A stretch of DNA of 39,205 bases from a virus. Lineage: Duplodnaviria; Caudoviricetes. A model generated the notes under the pieces. It saw only the letters and a list, made by a program, of their open reading frames with translations. It was not told where the DNA came from and did no database searches. The stretch covers positions 1-39,205 of the IMG/VR virus record IMGVR_UViG_3300027956_000003; one strand, 5' to 3'. Positions within the stretch are counted from its first letter, which is position 1. Each line of letters opens with the position of its first letter. Shown piece after piece: positions 1-10,732 of the stretch. A program made the translations under genes and the position numbers.

Positions 1-127
1 ATTCGTCCAACCAAACCCCGATATTGTGCCATGTAGCACCTTTAGAACCAAGTTCCGCGCCTTCGATGAAAGTAGGGTTGTTCTGATACTGCGAGTAGGT
101 TTTGAATAGAATCTGGCTCTTATTTGG
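1..127. repeat. 127-bp terminal overlap identical to 39079-39205 (circular assembly overlap)
   Basis: Exact identity of first and last 127 nt; falls inside the terL reading frame, which stays open across the join. Confidence 0.97.
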
Positions 128-574
128 TAGGATTAGTGAGTTATCGGTAAAGCCGTTCTTCAGCGTGTAGCTAATGTATGCGTTGCTACTCGTTTGCTTC
201 ATCCTATACTCAGGTGGCAACCAGTTGTAAACCGCGCTCTGTTGTTGCCTAATGCTAACCTCTGAACTTTGAGCAAAGCACATGATAATAGAGGCTGGAT
301 TCTCCATTGCTGCTTTAACAACGCTGTATGCCCCGAACTGCGTCTTAGACGACCTGTTTCCGCCCAACACAAGTGCTTCGTCCTTCTCTACAAGCTCATC
401 CCAAACCTTTTTCCAATGTGCGAACTTGAAACCATATCTGAACGGGTCTTTGTTTGCATTACGCACCGCTTCCTCCCGCGAGGTATGCAGCGCGATTAAA
501 TCCTCAACCTCCATAGAGGCAATTTCCTCATCGGTAGGTATCGGCAGGATTTCGTGTGGAGTCCAGTTAAGCAT
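1..574 (-). CDS. terL: Terminase large subunit, N-terminal part (continues at 39078 down to 38051; ~533 aa total)
   Basis: Manual translation from ATG at 574: MLNWTPHEILPIP...ALVLGGNRSSKTQFGA (Walker A)...IGVWLDE (Walker B); no stop; in frame with 38051..39088. Confidence 0.93.
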   Translation of the reverse strand, partial: MLNWTPHEILPIPTDEEIASMEVEDLIALHTSREEAVRNANKDPFRYGFKFAHWKKVWDELVEKDEALVLGGNRSSKTQFGAYSVVKAAMENPASIIMCFAQSSEVSIRQQQSAVYNWLPPEYRMKQTSSNAYISYTLKNGFTDNSLILPNKSQILFKTYSQYQNNPTFIEGAELGSKGATWHNIGVWLDE

Positions 575-584
575 GGGTCATTTT

Positions 585-1184
585 TTATTCACTTCCTCTA
601 CAAAAATAAGCCCCAATAGAAGGGCCTTCATCTATAACCTCCGCTTCAATAATCTTATTCTGCGCTTTCTCAGCTACTTTCTTACGCGAGGCTTCGATAA
701 GCACAAGGGCATCTTCGATAGATAAACCTTCTTTCTTGCTAACCTCGCCCGTATGTCCCGCGAGCATGGAAGATTTGTCCTGCATAATACCAATGGTAGT
801 AGCAAGCTTCTCTGGCGAAACAAGCGAAAGCTGTTCAGGATCGTCGTAAAGTTGTTCAGCCTTCTTAAACAAAAGGTCGGTGTATTCCATTGCGGCCATC
901 GCATAACGCATCGAAAAATGCTTCCGTTTTTGTTCTAGGGTATCGTTATGCGCCCACTCTAGCCGACGAATTGTTTCATGGGACAACCCCGTAATGCGGC
1001 GAATCTCAGGGAAGTTTGCCCCTTGTGCCAGCAACCATAAAGCCTTTGCTGCAACGTCAGGCTTGCAGTTTTCAGCACAGTTCCTTGGTAAGTCCTTAGC
1101 ACGTTCACGTATCGCGCTAATGAACTCAATCATCGCCTCCTTGCTGTCAATAGCCGAAAGGTCTGTGTCTTTTGTTTCGTCCAT
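585..1184 (-). CDS. terS: Probable terminase small subunit (HTH)
   Basis: HTH-like EIRRITGLSHETIRRL, helical middle, IEAEVI near the C-terminus; immediately upstream of terL. Confidence 0.7.
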   Translation of the reverse strand: MDETKDTDLSAIDSKEAMIEFISAIRERAKDLPRNCAENCKPDVAAKALWLLAQGANFPEIRRITGLSHETIRRLEWAHNDTLEQKRKHFSMRYAMAAMEYTDLLFKKAEQLYDDPEQLSLVSPEKLATTIGIMQDKSSMLAGHTGEVSKKEGLSIEDALVLIEASRKKVAEKAQNKIIEAEVIDEGPSIGAYFCRGSE

Positions 1185-1192
1185 GTCTCGTT

Positions 1193-1220
1193 AGGCTATT
1201 CAGCCTGATGGGTTTGGCAA
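1193..1220 (-). promoter_or_regulatory. Putative sigma70-type promoter for terS/terL
   Basis: TTGCCA-16 nt-TAGCCT on minus strand just upstream of 1184. Confidence 0.4.
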
Positions 1221-1224
1221 GCAA

Positions 1225-4200
1225 TTATCGCTCGTTTTGTTGCTCTTCTTTATTTTGCGCCTCAATCTCAGCCATAATTGTCTGGAATTGGTTGGAGAAA
1301 TCAGGGTCGTTCTTAGCCTGTTGCGCTGCTGCGTTAATGCCGACGCGAGTAGTGGCTAATCCTTTCATCATCCGTTGGACGTTTTGCTGATACGCCTCAT
1401 CGCCAATGTCTTTTGACATTCTTCTTAAAAACGGCTCAAGCATATTTGCTCCATAAGCAGCGGCAATTAGTTTGTGTCCAAAGTAAGCCGCCTCCGTGTA
1501 AACCTTGCCACCTGTTCCACTCACCAAAAGCCTTAACTCCAATGCTTCCTCTTTACCAATAGGTCTGTTCGCCGCTTGCACCCTTGATGCCGCTATAATT
1601 TGGTCTGCCAGTTTGGGGCTTCCTGTAATAGCATCCAGATTGCGAATTGTTTTGGGAGCGTTTGGCATACCTCGCTTCCACCCACCTAATTCTTTTATGA
1701 ATTTCTCGCCGTCCCAAAGGTCAATTCCGTGACGGGTCTGATTCGCTCCTGCTTTCGGAGCGTAATCCTGCATAATAGCTGCAATCATATCTGCGCCAAC
1801 CTCTTTCCTTTTCTGTAAGGGTAGCCTTGCTGCTATTTCGATAACATCGGTAGTTCTCGCTTTGGCTAGTTCGCTTCCAAATGCCACGTTATCAGCAACG
1901 TCAAGTTTACCGTCCTTAATGGATTTAATCATTTCGTTCCGCATAAAGGCATCTTCCTTCGCTTGAAGGTCTGCGGTTTGAACGATCGTTTTAATCAAGG
2001 TTTGCTTTTCCTTATCAGAAATCGGCTCAAGAAGTCGAGCCGCTGCTGCTGGGTCTATTGTGGCGTAATCCACCTTGGCAAGCTCAAGAGATTGGTTTAC
2101 CTCTTTAAGTGTTTTTTTAACCCGCTCACCACCAAGCGTCTTACCCCAAAGCGCATCAACCATACCATCGTCAAAATTGGTCTTTCCTACTTTGAATCCT
2201 TTTTGCGAAGAAAGCCCAATCTTTTCAAGATATGCCTTTTGAAGAGTGTCGCGCAAATAGGCTTCGCCCTCAACATCTCCAGCAGCTTTTACGGCGTTAA
2301 AAATATCGTTTGCTGCTTTTGTGTCGGAAATCGCATTTTTAATAATTTTTTCAGGAGCTATTTTAAGATCACCAAAGTTATCTTCTACCATCTTGCCAAT
2401 TTGCCCCTTTTCAAAAGATAAATAGTCAGTGTAAGCATCTTTGAATTTATCCCATCCAGCCAACTCTTGTGAGTTTAATTTGCTTTGGAAGTTATCTCTA
2501 ATAGCCTCGGTTGCTTTGCGGGTTACATCGTTGTTTTTATTCCAACCAATAGGCGTGTTTGGTATGTCTGCTTGGAGATTTTTAATTAAGTCTCTCGACC
2601 TAATAGCATCGAATGGCTCCGAATACTCCCTTAGGTTTTTTAACTTAATTCGTGCCTGTTCTGGCACTAAAATACCAGCGGCATCAGCTCTCATTATTTC
2701 TGACTCTAGTTCTTGCGCTGCTTTTCTATCAAATTCAGCATTACCAAGCCTTGTCATTATTTCTTCTACGGCTGGGTTTTTACCCAATCCAGAATCTTGG
2801 ACTATAGGACGTAGGACATTTGCTAATTCCTCTGGTGTTTGTGTTGCTGTTGTGGACTTCGCCCAAGCGTCAAATTCAGCGTTTTTGGCTTGTCTGGTGA
2901 ATTCGCGCCCCTTGGTTAAAATCTGCGAAACATTTTTCCCAGCCTCCGCCATGCTTGTCTCATCTGGCATGAGTTGAGCGATACGCCGCTCTGCCCAGCG
3001 TTTAGGCTGAATTTCCAGACTAGATTTTCTCCCAGCAAGTCGAGTTGCCACATTATCGACTTCTTTTTTGAGAATTTCTACAACTTCGGATTTATTAGTT
3101 ACGGGTCTTCCCTCTACAAAACTTTTCTGGAAATCTGCAAAAACTTTACGGTTTTTCTCTAGTTCAAGCCCAACTTGCATTTTAGGGAAAGCCCCACCCA
3201 ACGCTTGTTCGTAAAGAAGTCCTTTTGTTCCACCCGCCGCACCAATGGGGTAATTCACATCCATTCCCTCTTTTCTCAGAAGTTCTACGGACTCTCTAAG
3301 GTTCTTCTCAACCTCGTTTTCAATTCCCTTACCAGCCCTAGATAAACCAAGCTTAGACGCTGTTCCTGCTGTGGCTACGTCAATAGTCATACCAAGCGCG
3401 GCTTCTTTTCCTCGCCTAGATGCAATTTCACTAAGATCAAGCGGAATGCCCAATGCCCCACGATAAATAGTGTCTTGCAATGCACCAGTTCCAGAGTAAC
3501 CAAGGTTAGCTCCAGCGGCAGATGCAGCAATAGCACCTGGCCCCGAAGGTGAACCTACAGCAGCTCCACCAATACCGCCTAAAAGCCCGACGATAATCGG
3601 TGCGGTTTCGGTAGCAGCAAACGCAGCAACGTCAGCACCTTGGATTCCTTTAGGGAAAACAACTTTGAATTTACCCTTGTCGGTTTTAAGCTTGGTATCG
3701 GTTCTGTCCTCAACAACAAAGTTGGGCTTACCGTCAATAACCATTCGCAATACCGTTGGAAATTTCTGCTTTAGATATGCTTCTTGTGCGTCAGGGTCTT
3801 GTAGTCCACCAAGCGCGGTGGTAGCCCCAGCACCAAGTCCAGATTCAACATCGACTCTTTCTGGGTCAACTTCAAACACTTCTGCTAAAGCAGTCTTAGC
3901 CTTTTTAGGGTTGAACCGCTTGTCGATCCTTTCTGTTACCGTGTCTTCGCCAGATGCCATTGCACCGCCGAAGCCAGCTATGTCGATATTCGGAACTGCA
4001 ATTTTGGTGACTTTCTTATCTGTAATTAGGTCGCCAGATGAAATACCTTTAAGAAGATCACTAACCCTAGTGGATTGTAACTCTTGATACTTCTGGTCAA
4101 TTCTTGGGCGTTCTTTGTCTAGCTTATCAAGAAGTCCCAAAGCCTCTTCAGCTCTGGCTGTGTCACCCTTGTTCTTGGCCGCGACATATTCGCTACCCAC

Positions 4201-4266
4201 TTCCTGAACATATTTTTCAAAAAGGGTGATTTCATCTTTGTATTGCTTTGTAAGCGGGGAACTCAT
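1225..4266 (-). CDS. Large internal virion / DNA ejection protein (1013 aa)
   Basis: Size, helical Ala/Gly-rich content, hydrophobic IIVGLLGGIGGAAVG segment, last of three ejection-type genes after the tail genes. Confidence 0.65.
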   Translation of the reverse strand: MSSPLTKQYKDEITLFEKYVQEVGSEYVAAKNKGDTARAEEALGLLDKLDKERPRIDQKYQELQSTRVSDLLKGISSGDLITDKKVTKIAVPNIDIAGFGGAMASGEDTVTERIDKRFNPKKAKTALAEVFEVDPERVDVESGLGAGATTALGGLQDPDAQEAYLKQKFPTVLRMVIDGKPNFVVEDRTDTKLKTDKGKFKVVFPKGIQGADVAAFAATETAPIIVGLLGGIGGAAVGSPSGPGAIAASAAGANLGYSGTGALQDTIYRGALGIPLDLSEIASRRGKEAALGMTIDVATAGTASKLGLSRAGKGIENEVEKNLRESVELLRKEGMDVNYPIGAAGGTKGLLYEQALGGAFPKMQVGLELEKNRKVFADFQKSFVEGRPVTNKSEVVEILKKEVDNVATRLAGRKSSLEIQPKRWAERRIAQLMPDETSMAEAGKNVSQILTKGREFTRQAKNAEFDAWAKSTTATQTPEELANVLRPIVQDSGLGKNPAVEEIMTRLGNAEFDRKAAQELESEIMRADAAGILVPEQARIKLKNLREYSEPFDAIRSRDLIKNLQADIPNTPIGWNKNNDVTRKATEAIRDNFQSKLNSQELAGWDKFKDAYTDYLSFEKGQIGKMVEDNFGDLKIAPEKIIKNAISDTKAANDIFNAVKAAGDVEGEAYLRDTLQKAYLEKIGLSSQKGFKVGKTNFDDGMVDALWGKTLGGERVKKTLKEVNQSLELAKVDYATIDPAAAARLLEPISDKEKQTLIKTIVQTADLQAKEDAFMRNEMIKSIKDGKLDVADNVAFGSELAKARTTDVIEIAARLPLQKRKEVGADMIAAIMQDYAPKAGANQTRHGIDLWDGEKFIKELGGWKRGMPNAPKTIRNLDAITGSPKLADQIIAASRVQAANRPIGKEEALELRLLVSGTGGKVYTEAAYFGHKLIAAAYGANMLEPFLRRMSKDIGDEAYQQNVQRMMKGLATTRVGINAAAQQAKNDPDFSNQFQTIMAEIEAQNKEEQQNER

Positions 4267-6137
4267 TTATTTTGGCGTTTTCTGAACTCTTCAAGATCGT
4301 TTAAAACATCTGGGCTTAAACCTAATCCTTGTGGCGGTTGGATTTGTTCTTTTAAGCCAAGAATCTGCTCACGATACATTTGTTCTACTTGGTCGTTTTG
4401 ATCTTTTGTAATCTTGCCCTCTTTGATTCCTTTTTCTCGCTCAGTTCTTGTGCCGTGAACAGCATTAAAGGTTTCTTCTTTTAGACGGGTAATATCTTTT
4501 AGTAAGGTTTCTTTATCCCCACCAACATCAAGAACACCGAAAGCGTTTTCAAGGCGTTTACCTTCTTTTTCGGTAAGAGAACCCATGCCTGAGCTGCCAG
4601 TTGGTGAGTTTTCTTTGAGCTTTCTAAGGTTGTCCAACGCAATAGAATCTTTCAATGCGGGTAGGATTTGTTTTTGAAGTTTATACGCGGCTGTGCCTGG
4701 AATCATGGATTTACCCATGTCCACTATTGCCCCAGCCCCATAACTAGCAATATCGTTTCTGATAATTTCTTCAGCTTCGTTTGCCTTATCTATAATGAAG
4801 TTGGTTTTGCTGGCCGCTTGTTGTGCAGTTTTATCTGCTGCGGTTTGTCCCTTTTGCATTTCTGCTTCTGCTTTTTTTGCCTCAAGCTTTGTTTTTTCAA
4901 GCTCTTGTTCTTTAAGTTTGTAATCAATTTCAGCAGAGCTTCCCTCAACCCTTCCAGCCGTAAGACCATCTCTATCCATTCTCCATACATCACCTTTAGG
5001 GACGGGAGTTTGTGGGACGTTTGATTGTGGTGAAAGATTTTGAGCGGTTTGAATTTGTTCTGCTTCTTGGGTTAGTTTTTGGAGGTTTGAGGTTACTCCG
5101 TTTGTCCAATACTGATTTAAATTAGTAGGGTCATTACCCGCACCTTGGGGGGCGTAAATACGTCCAATATCGTTAATTGATTTAACCCCAGCATAAGGGC
5201 CCTTTCCTTCGTTAATACCTTGACCAAGAAGCCTAGCCATTTTCTCAATAGACTCTGGGACGCTCCCCATTTGAACTGGGCCTTTTTCATTAGATACACC
5301 CATTGCATTGTTTTTGTTACGAAACGCTGAAGATGTTCCGTTTCCAGTTTCGTGCATTGCAATGGCGGCTAATATGTTCGGATCAACTCCGTGTTTAGCC
5401 CCTGCTGCTTCAAATGAACCACCAAAAGGCTTTAGCGGTTCTGGCAGTTTATTACTAAGCCCACCTTGGACTCCTTCTCTTGCGCTTGGGGTTGGGGCAT
5501 AAGAAGTTGGTGGCTGTTGCTGGAATATAAGTCCGTTCTCGGTTTGTATCGGAACGATACCGCCTGAGCCGACTCCTTTGCCTTTTGCTGTTTTAACCAC
5601 CAAAGTTCCGTCTTGGTTCTCGCCTACAATATCCACATCGTAACCAGCCGCCCTATAAGCATCTATTTTTTCAGGAGTAAGACTCATTAAGGAATCGCCA
5701 CCCGTCATACTCGCGTCTAGTTTGTCTCTCTCAAGCATCAAATTAGAACCAAACTGTCTTTCGCGGAAGTCAAATTCCCGCTCAGAATCCGAACGCTCTA
5801 ATCCAAGGACTCCGATTTTAAGCGAATCCTCAATACCAGCAGCAATAGCAAGGCGTTGGTTTGTTGAAATATCTGGATTGCTAAGCTCACCTAAAGCGTT
5901 TTCAGCCATCGGAGCAAGTTCTGGAATAGCATCACGAATAGACTTAGCCATTTGCTCGGCTTTCTTAATCCTGCGTTCGTTTTCAGACTTTTGCTTCAGG
6001 ATGCCGCCAATGTCTTGCCCAACTTGTGCTAGTGCTTGCCCTTGAATCATACCAGCGTTTGCAAAGCCGCTAAAATCGGCTTGCATCAACCTTGGATCAA
6101 TGGTTTCTCCTAGTCGCTGTGAATTTCCGTATGCCAT
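4263..6137 (-). CDS. DNA ejection protein with internal GH73-like (lysozyme-fold) muralytic domain
   Basis: HGVDPNILAAIAMHETGNGTS..NKNNAMGV and IYAP...NDP..LNQYW motifs typical of GH73 glucosaminidases, embedded in a helical virion protein. Confidence 0.75.
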   Translation of the reverse strand: MAYGNSQRLGETIDPRLMQADFSGFANAGMIQGQALAQVGQDIGGILKQKSENERRIKKAEQMAKSIRDAIPELAPMAENALGELSNPDISTNQRLAIAAGIEDSLKIGVLGLERSDSEREFDFRERQFGSNLMLERDKLDASMTGGDSLMSLTPEKIDAYRAAGYDVDIVGENQDGTLVVKTAKGKGVGSGGIVPIQTENGLIFQQQPPTSYAPTPSAREGVQGGLSNKLPEPLKPFGGSFEAAGAKHGVDPNILAAIAMHETGNGTSSAFRNKNNAMGVSNEKGPVQMGSVPESIEKMARLLGQGINEGKGPYAGVKSINDIGRIYAPQGAGNDPTNLNQYWTNGVTSNLQKLTQEAEQIQTAQNLSPQSNVPQTPVPKGDVWRMDRDGLTAGRVEGSSAEIDYKLKEQELEKTKLEAKKAEAEMQKGQTAADKTAQQAASKTNFIIDKANEAEEIIRNDIASYGAGAIVDMGKSMIPGTAAYKLQKQILPALKDSIALDNLRKLKENSPTGSSGMGSLTEKEGKRLENAFGVLDVGGDKETLLKDITRLKEETFNAVHGTRTEREKGIKEGKITKDQNDQVEQMYREQILGLKEQIQPPQGLGLSPDVLNDLEEFRKRQNK

Positions 6138-6149
6138 GTTATTAAATTT

Positions 6150-6998
6150 TTATCTTCCGAAGAAACCGCCTAGTGCGCTGCCGACCCCGCCAAAAATACC
6201 AGAAGTATAGCCAGCTTGTGCTTGTGCGTTTGCGCCACGGGCTGCAACTTGGTTTGAGCGTTGTTGCATACCAAGGTTCGCGCCAGCATCAGGGTTAATC
6301 ATTTGCGGGACAGCACTACCGATTGCGCCTAAGCCTAAGCCTAGTTGCTGTTGTCCAGCTTGGTAGGAAAGCGGAAGGTTGCCAAGTGCTTGTATTCCAG
6401 GCGCGGTATAAAAGTTCTGCGCCATATCGAACGCTCCACGGCGGCTGTAGTCGGCTTCTTGACGTTTCTGAGCCATTACGCCAGCGCGACCTAAAACCTC
6501 GCCAGCGACGCTTCCACGGCTATTTAACATACCACGGGAAGCAAATGCCTCGCGCTGCGCTTGATCGCTCATGCGTTGCTCTTCTGGCGTTAGTTGCCGC
6601 GCTGCTTGGGTAGCCCTTGCCGCCTCCATGTTAGCCGCATCAACTTGCGTTTGGGATTCTGGGGATAACGCTTGGGCAAAGCTACGGAAAGCACCAGCTT
6701 GTCCCGTCATTCCTTGCAATTCAGTTCCACGCGCATCTAAAATGTTTTGTCCAGCCTCTTGTTGCGCTGTTCTACCAAGTCCGTAAAGCCCTTGTTGTCC
6801 TTGTGTGCCTTGTAGGAAGCTCCCAACGTCACCAAGGTTTAGTCCTAGGAACTCTGGGCGGTATTGCTTCTCAGCACTAAGGACGGATGGCAAAGCCTGT
6901 TTATACCCAGAAACGTATTTCTGAATATCACCACCAATGTCCATCTTAGGTGCTTTGACCTTATCAGGCCCCGATACGATTGATTTTAAGCCGCCCAT
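6150..6998 (-). CDS. DNA ejection / pilot protein (Gly/Ala/Gln-rich)
   Basis: Composition, C-terminal GIFGGVGSALGGFFG, podoviral synteny. Confidence 0.6.
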   Translation of the reverse strand: MGGLKSIVSGPDKVKAPKMDIGGDIQKYVSGYKQALPSVLSAEKQYRPEFLGLNLGDVGSFLQGTQGQQGLYGLGRTAQQEAGQNILDARGTELQGMTGQAGAFRSFAQALSPESQTQVDAANMEAARATQAARQLTPEEQRMSDQAQREAFASRGMLNSRGSVAGEVLGRAGVMAQKRQEADYSRRGAFDMAQNFYTAPGIQALGNLPLSYQAGQQQLGLGLGAIGSAVPQMINPDAGANLGMQQRSNQVAARGANAQAQAGYTSGIFGGVGSALGGFFGR

Positions 6999-7327
6999 TA
7001 TATTTTAGAGTAAATTTTTGAAAAGTCATAAGTCCGAAAGCGAGGATCGCCTTTTATTTCGCGCTGAAAAGCAACGTATGGCACAGAGCCAACAAGAGGG
7101 GTTACGGCATCTTTAATAGAGCCACAAACGTAGGTAAGGCAAATGCAATCAGCCTCGGTGTGGGAAACAGCAACCCTTTCGTCGCCTTTCATGCACCAAT
7201 AACCCATACAGAACGCAAAAGGCAGCGAGATAATTACGCCATGAACTAAATGCCACCCAAGCTGGGCGTGAAAATCCCCGCCAGCAAGCATGTAAATTTG
7301 TTTGGCTTTATCAAGCATATCATTCAT
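6998..7327 (-). CDS. Hypothetical protein between tail fibre and ejection genes
   Basis: Translationally coupled on both sides; occupies the slot of T7 gp13-like proteins. Confidence 0.5.
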   Translation of the reverse strand: MNDMLDKAKQIYMLAGGDFHAQLGWHLVHGVIISLPFAFCMGYWCMKGDERVAVSHTEADCICLTYVCGSIKDAVTPLVGSVPYVAFQREIKGDPRFRTYDFSKIYSKI

Positions 7328-8204
7328 AAGTAATAGCTACTGTTCCCGCATCAAAAGAATCTCCGTTAGCAATGATCCTAACGCTGGTTAAAGTGCTGCT
7401 AAGTTCTTTAGTCGCGCCACCAGCAAAAGCATTATTTGTGTTGCTCAAACCACCAGTTACCGTAGCAACCCAGAAATTACCCGTCAATTTGGATATTGTT
7501 ACTGTGCCGTGCCATATATCCGAGGCGGAAGGGGCCGGCGAAAGAAGAATTCCACTTGTCTCGTTATTTACGTCAGGGGTAGCTCTAATCTCAGCCGTAG
7601 CCCCAAGATAGCCCGTGTTTTCAAAGCCACCAGAATCGCCAAGGCGAACAAGGATTGCGTTTGTGCCACCCGTGCTAAGTCCAGAAACCAACAAGGTAAT
7701 ACGTTTCGCTGTGGAAGGAATCCCCGTAAAGTCAACAAATGTCCCCGATGCCGTTTGTGATGCGGAAAGAACAAAACTTGCTGCCACACTAGAATCGGTG
7801 TATGCCTTAATGCTTTGTTGTGTCGCTAGTGACGTTGCGCTATCACTAACCATGTCATTCTCATCTAAAACAGCAACTTCCGCTGGAGCAGCCAAAACAC
7901 CAGATGCGTTTCCAATCACTCGCATAGAAGCTACTTGCTGAATTTTAGCATAGGTAACACCGTCAGTCGCGCTTGTGGCATTGGGAAGTTTTGATGTAGT
8001 TACTGCACCAGCAGCAAGCTTAGCAGATGTTACTCCGCTGTCTTTGATTTGCAAACGCCCACCACCATTTACTTCAAGGCTTGAATCATCGGTTGTGCCA
8101 GAGCTGCCAGTAACAAAGGCAGCGTTATCCACAAGGTTATTCAACTTGGAACTTGTAACCGCATCGCCATCTGCAAATGTTTGCCCTTTAGTAAGAATCG
8201 CCAT
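7320..8204 (-). CDS. Tail fibre / receptor-binding protein
   Basis: N-terminal VTSSKLNNLV anchor, VTSAKLAAGAVTTSKL repeats, beta-rich C-terminal domain. Confidence 0.75.
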   Translation of the reverse strand: MAILTKGQTFADGDAVTSSKLNNLVDNAAFVTGSSGTTDDSSLEVNGGGRLQIKDSGVTSAKLAAGAVTTSKLPNATSATDGVTYAKIQQVASMRVIGNASGVLAAPAEVAVLDENDMVSDSATSLATQQSIKAYTDSSVAASFVLSASQTASGTFVDFTGIPSTAKRITLLVSGLSTGGTNAILVRLGDSGGFENTGYLGATAEIRATPDVNNETSGILLSPAPSASDIWHGTVTISKLTGNFWVATVTGGLSNTNNAFAGGATKELSSTLTSVRIIANGDSFDAGTVAITYE

Positions 8205-8206
8205 AA

Positions 8207-10729
8207 TCAGTATTGTGTAATAGTCTGTCTGCTTGCTTTTGTTGCTTCAATCGCAATCGAAGAAACTTTAGGACGACCTATTGCGGACGATCCTACTATT
8301 TTGCGCCTAATTGTCAACACACCATAGACCCCGCGAGGATTGCCAAGCCTGAAACTAAAGTCTGCTGTCTCGTTTGGCTCAAGTTGGCCTGGCAAACCAA
8401 TGTTCGCATCAAGCATAGTTGCTATGTCGGTTACAATCGTGTCGGTGCTATCAGGGTCTTCCGTAGAGAACAAGAAATCAACATCAGAAGCGTTGTCTAT
8501 GTCTGACTGCACTTGGACGTTTGCCTTCTTGTATTTTTTTCTCCCGTAATCCGAGAAAGCGTAGCCCCTTGTTTTAAGCTCATAGTCGATTCCAGTATTG
8601 GTGCTATTTCCTACCACGTTGGTTGAATACGTATCAAAAGCCTCTGTTCTGGAGTCGGTAAGATGTAACCCGCCGTTTTCGTTTACCAAGTGCAGCTCGT
8701 TTCGCTCTTCTGCTTGCCCCTTAATAAAGTTCGTGACGTTGAAATCGTCATTGCCGAAAACGTCCACACTTTCCCAGCCCTTGTTTTTGGTATTGTAAAT
8801 GATAACAGAGTTGTTTCCCGTGGCATCATCAGCCCCAGCCGCGCTATCAAGCGGAACAGCCAAGTAATATCGGTTGTCAAAGTAGATAGCCACCGAGTTT
8901 GACGCTAAACGCTTATTGATTCGGTCAATAATTGGCTGGATTGGCTTACTAAGTGGCTCTTCAACGCCACGCAAGTTGTATTCGTCCAAGAACTCCAAGC
9001 CATAGACTCCATCATCGCTTAAAAAGAAGATCGCATTACCCTTGCTGGCAATAGAACGCCTAGCTAAGCAACCAATTTCCCTTGTAAGCTCCCGTAAAGT
9101 GGTATCTGCCAGCGTTCCTTGTGTCCCGCTAATCAAATGCACACTATTTCGGTTGAAAACAATCATGTTGTCGTCATAGAACGGGTGTAAGCCAACCAAA
9201 TAGTCAGCTATTCCAGCCGTAACCCTGAATTGGGATTGCACAGAATCAAAAGTATTTGGGTCAAGAATGTCCGAAGCGCAAATCTCATCGCGCACGTTTC
9301 TGTCTGCATAGGTAGGTGCTACTCCCGTGCCTTCTGGCTCATAGAAATACGGACACCACAAGCGGCGTTGGAAGTAAACCCCCCATTTCGGAGCGGGAAT
9401 ATGGGTAAATCCAAGCCCCAAGCTGTAACGGCTACCGAATTCGATAAAATCCGAACCACTCCCTGTGCCATAAGTAATGTTTGGAATAGGTGCGTTGAAA
9501 TAAATGTCGGTTGCGGTGGCTTGGGTAACAATAAAGTTCTGCCCGATAATTGGCTCAAGCAATGCTACGTCAGTTGCACGGATATTAACTCTATCGCCAG
9601 CAACAATAGTGGTGTTGCCGACCACCGTAATACGAACTAATCCGTTGCTAACTCCGTAGTCGTTGCCAGCAATGTTGAAATACTGTGGCTGCGAGTAAAC
9701 TCCTGCTGGGCAAAGGGTGAACCCATCGGAAACCATAGTGCCAGTATTGGCCGTGTAGGTTTCGTTGCCGTTGCCCGTTGCTATCACATAGGTGAAATTA
9801 TCAGCGTCAACAATCGTAGCTACCGTATGGCTACCGTTAGGGTCGGCTGTCGGTGGGGTAGCGGAAAAACCAAGAGAGGAAATGGTGATGCCATCACCTA
9901 TACTCAAGCCGTGTTCTCTAAGTGTAATAGTAACCACGCCCGTTGCAGACACATAAGCCCCCGCGCTGATAGCCCTACCTTTAGGAATGTATTCCCATGT
10001 TCTCTCACCATCGCGGAACAAATAGATACGGTCAAAGGCTTGTAGCATCTCAACCTCGTCAGAAACAATCTGACCCGTTGGGTAGGGAACGCTGCTAACC
10101 GTATAATCACTAAGCAAAACCTTTTTACCCTCATTGTTCGTGGCAATAATCACGCTTTCCTCAGAATTTGTCGCTGGGTCACTAAACACGCATGAGCCGT
10201 AAATATTACTTACCGCCGTGTCGTTTAGGATCGTACCTATCACACCATAAGTTCCGTCAACCGTCAGCACGGGGTCGTCAGCTCCAGCATTAGCAAAACT
10301 AAGGCTATCGGCATCTACATAACTGAAAAGGTAAGCTCCTGCGTTTATCCCCGTAATAGGCTGGGTTGAGTTGCTAGGGACACCAAGCGTAATGTAAGCT
10401 GGCAAATTCGCGCTGTTAATCCCGTGCGCTGAACCAAAGTTAATCGTAACTACGTTTGAAGTTCGTGAGGCTGTGGTGATAGCAAGCGGAGTGTTCTTAA
10501 CGATAAAAGGCAACAACAATGGGTTTGCGCTGTTCGCTAAAGCACCGCTTTTAAGCTCAATCCCGCGCCTCGGTTGCCAATAACCATCAATCCTGCCGTT
10601 CTTACTCAAGACAACCTCGCCAGCCTTTAACTGATTCGGTTGCTCACGCTGGTTCATTCCCATGAAACCAACGTCCCCGTCAATTAGGGGTTGGTCGTCC
10701 AAATTCCCAAATGAACGGTAAGAAGCCAC
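8207..10729 (-). CDS. Tail nozzle / tubular protein B-like (840 aa)
   Basis: Beta-propeller-like C-terminal part (EIGCLARRSIAS, IFFLSDDGVY, YFDNRYYLAVP) with inserted beta domains (HGLSIGDGITIS). Confidence 0.7.
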   Translation of the reverse strand: MASYRSFGNLDDQPLIDGDVGFMGMNQREQPNQLKAGEVVLSKNGRIDGYWQPRRGIELKSGALANSANPLLLPFIVKNTPLAITTASRTSNVVTINFGSAHGINSANLPAYITLGVPSNSTQPITGINAGAYLFSYVDADSLSFANAGADDPVLTVDGTYGVIGTILNDTAVSNIYGSCVFSDPATNSEESVIIATNNEGKKVLLSDYTVSSVPYPTGQIVSDEVEMLQAFDRIYLFRDGERTWEYIPKGRAISAGAYVSATGVVTITLREHGLSIGDGITISSLGFSATPPTADPNGSHTVATIVDADNFTYVIATGNGNETYTANTGTMVSDGFTLCPAGVYSQPQYFNIAGNDYGVSNGLVRITVVGNTTIVAGDRVNIRATDVALLEPIIGQNFIVTQATATDIYFNAPIPNITYGTGSGSDFIEFGSRYSLGLGFTHIPAPKWGVYFQRRLWCPYFYEPEGTGVAPTYADRNVRDEICASDILDPNTFDSVQSQFRVTAGIADYLVGLHPFYDDNMIVFNRNSVHLISGTQGTLADTTLRELTREIGCLARRSIASKGNAIFFLSDDGVYGLEFLDEYNLRGVEEPLSKPIQPIIDRINKRLASNSVAIYFDNRYYLAVPLDSAAGADDATGNNSVIIYNTKNKGWESVDVFGNDDFNVTNFIKGQAEERNELHLVNENGGLHLTDSRTEAFDTYSTNVVGNSTNTGIDYELKTRGYAFSDYGRKKYKKANVQVQSDIDNASDVDFLFSTEDPDSTDTIVTDIATMLDANIGLPGQLEPNETADFSFRLGNPRGVYGVLTIRRKIVGSSAIGRPKVSSIAIEATKASRQTITQY

Positions 10730-10732
10730 AGA

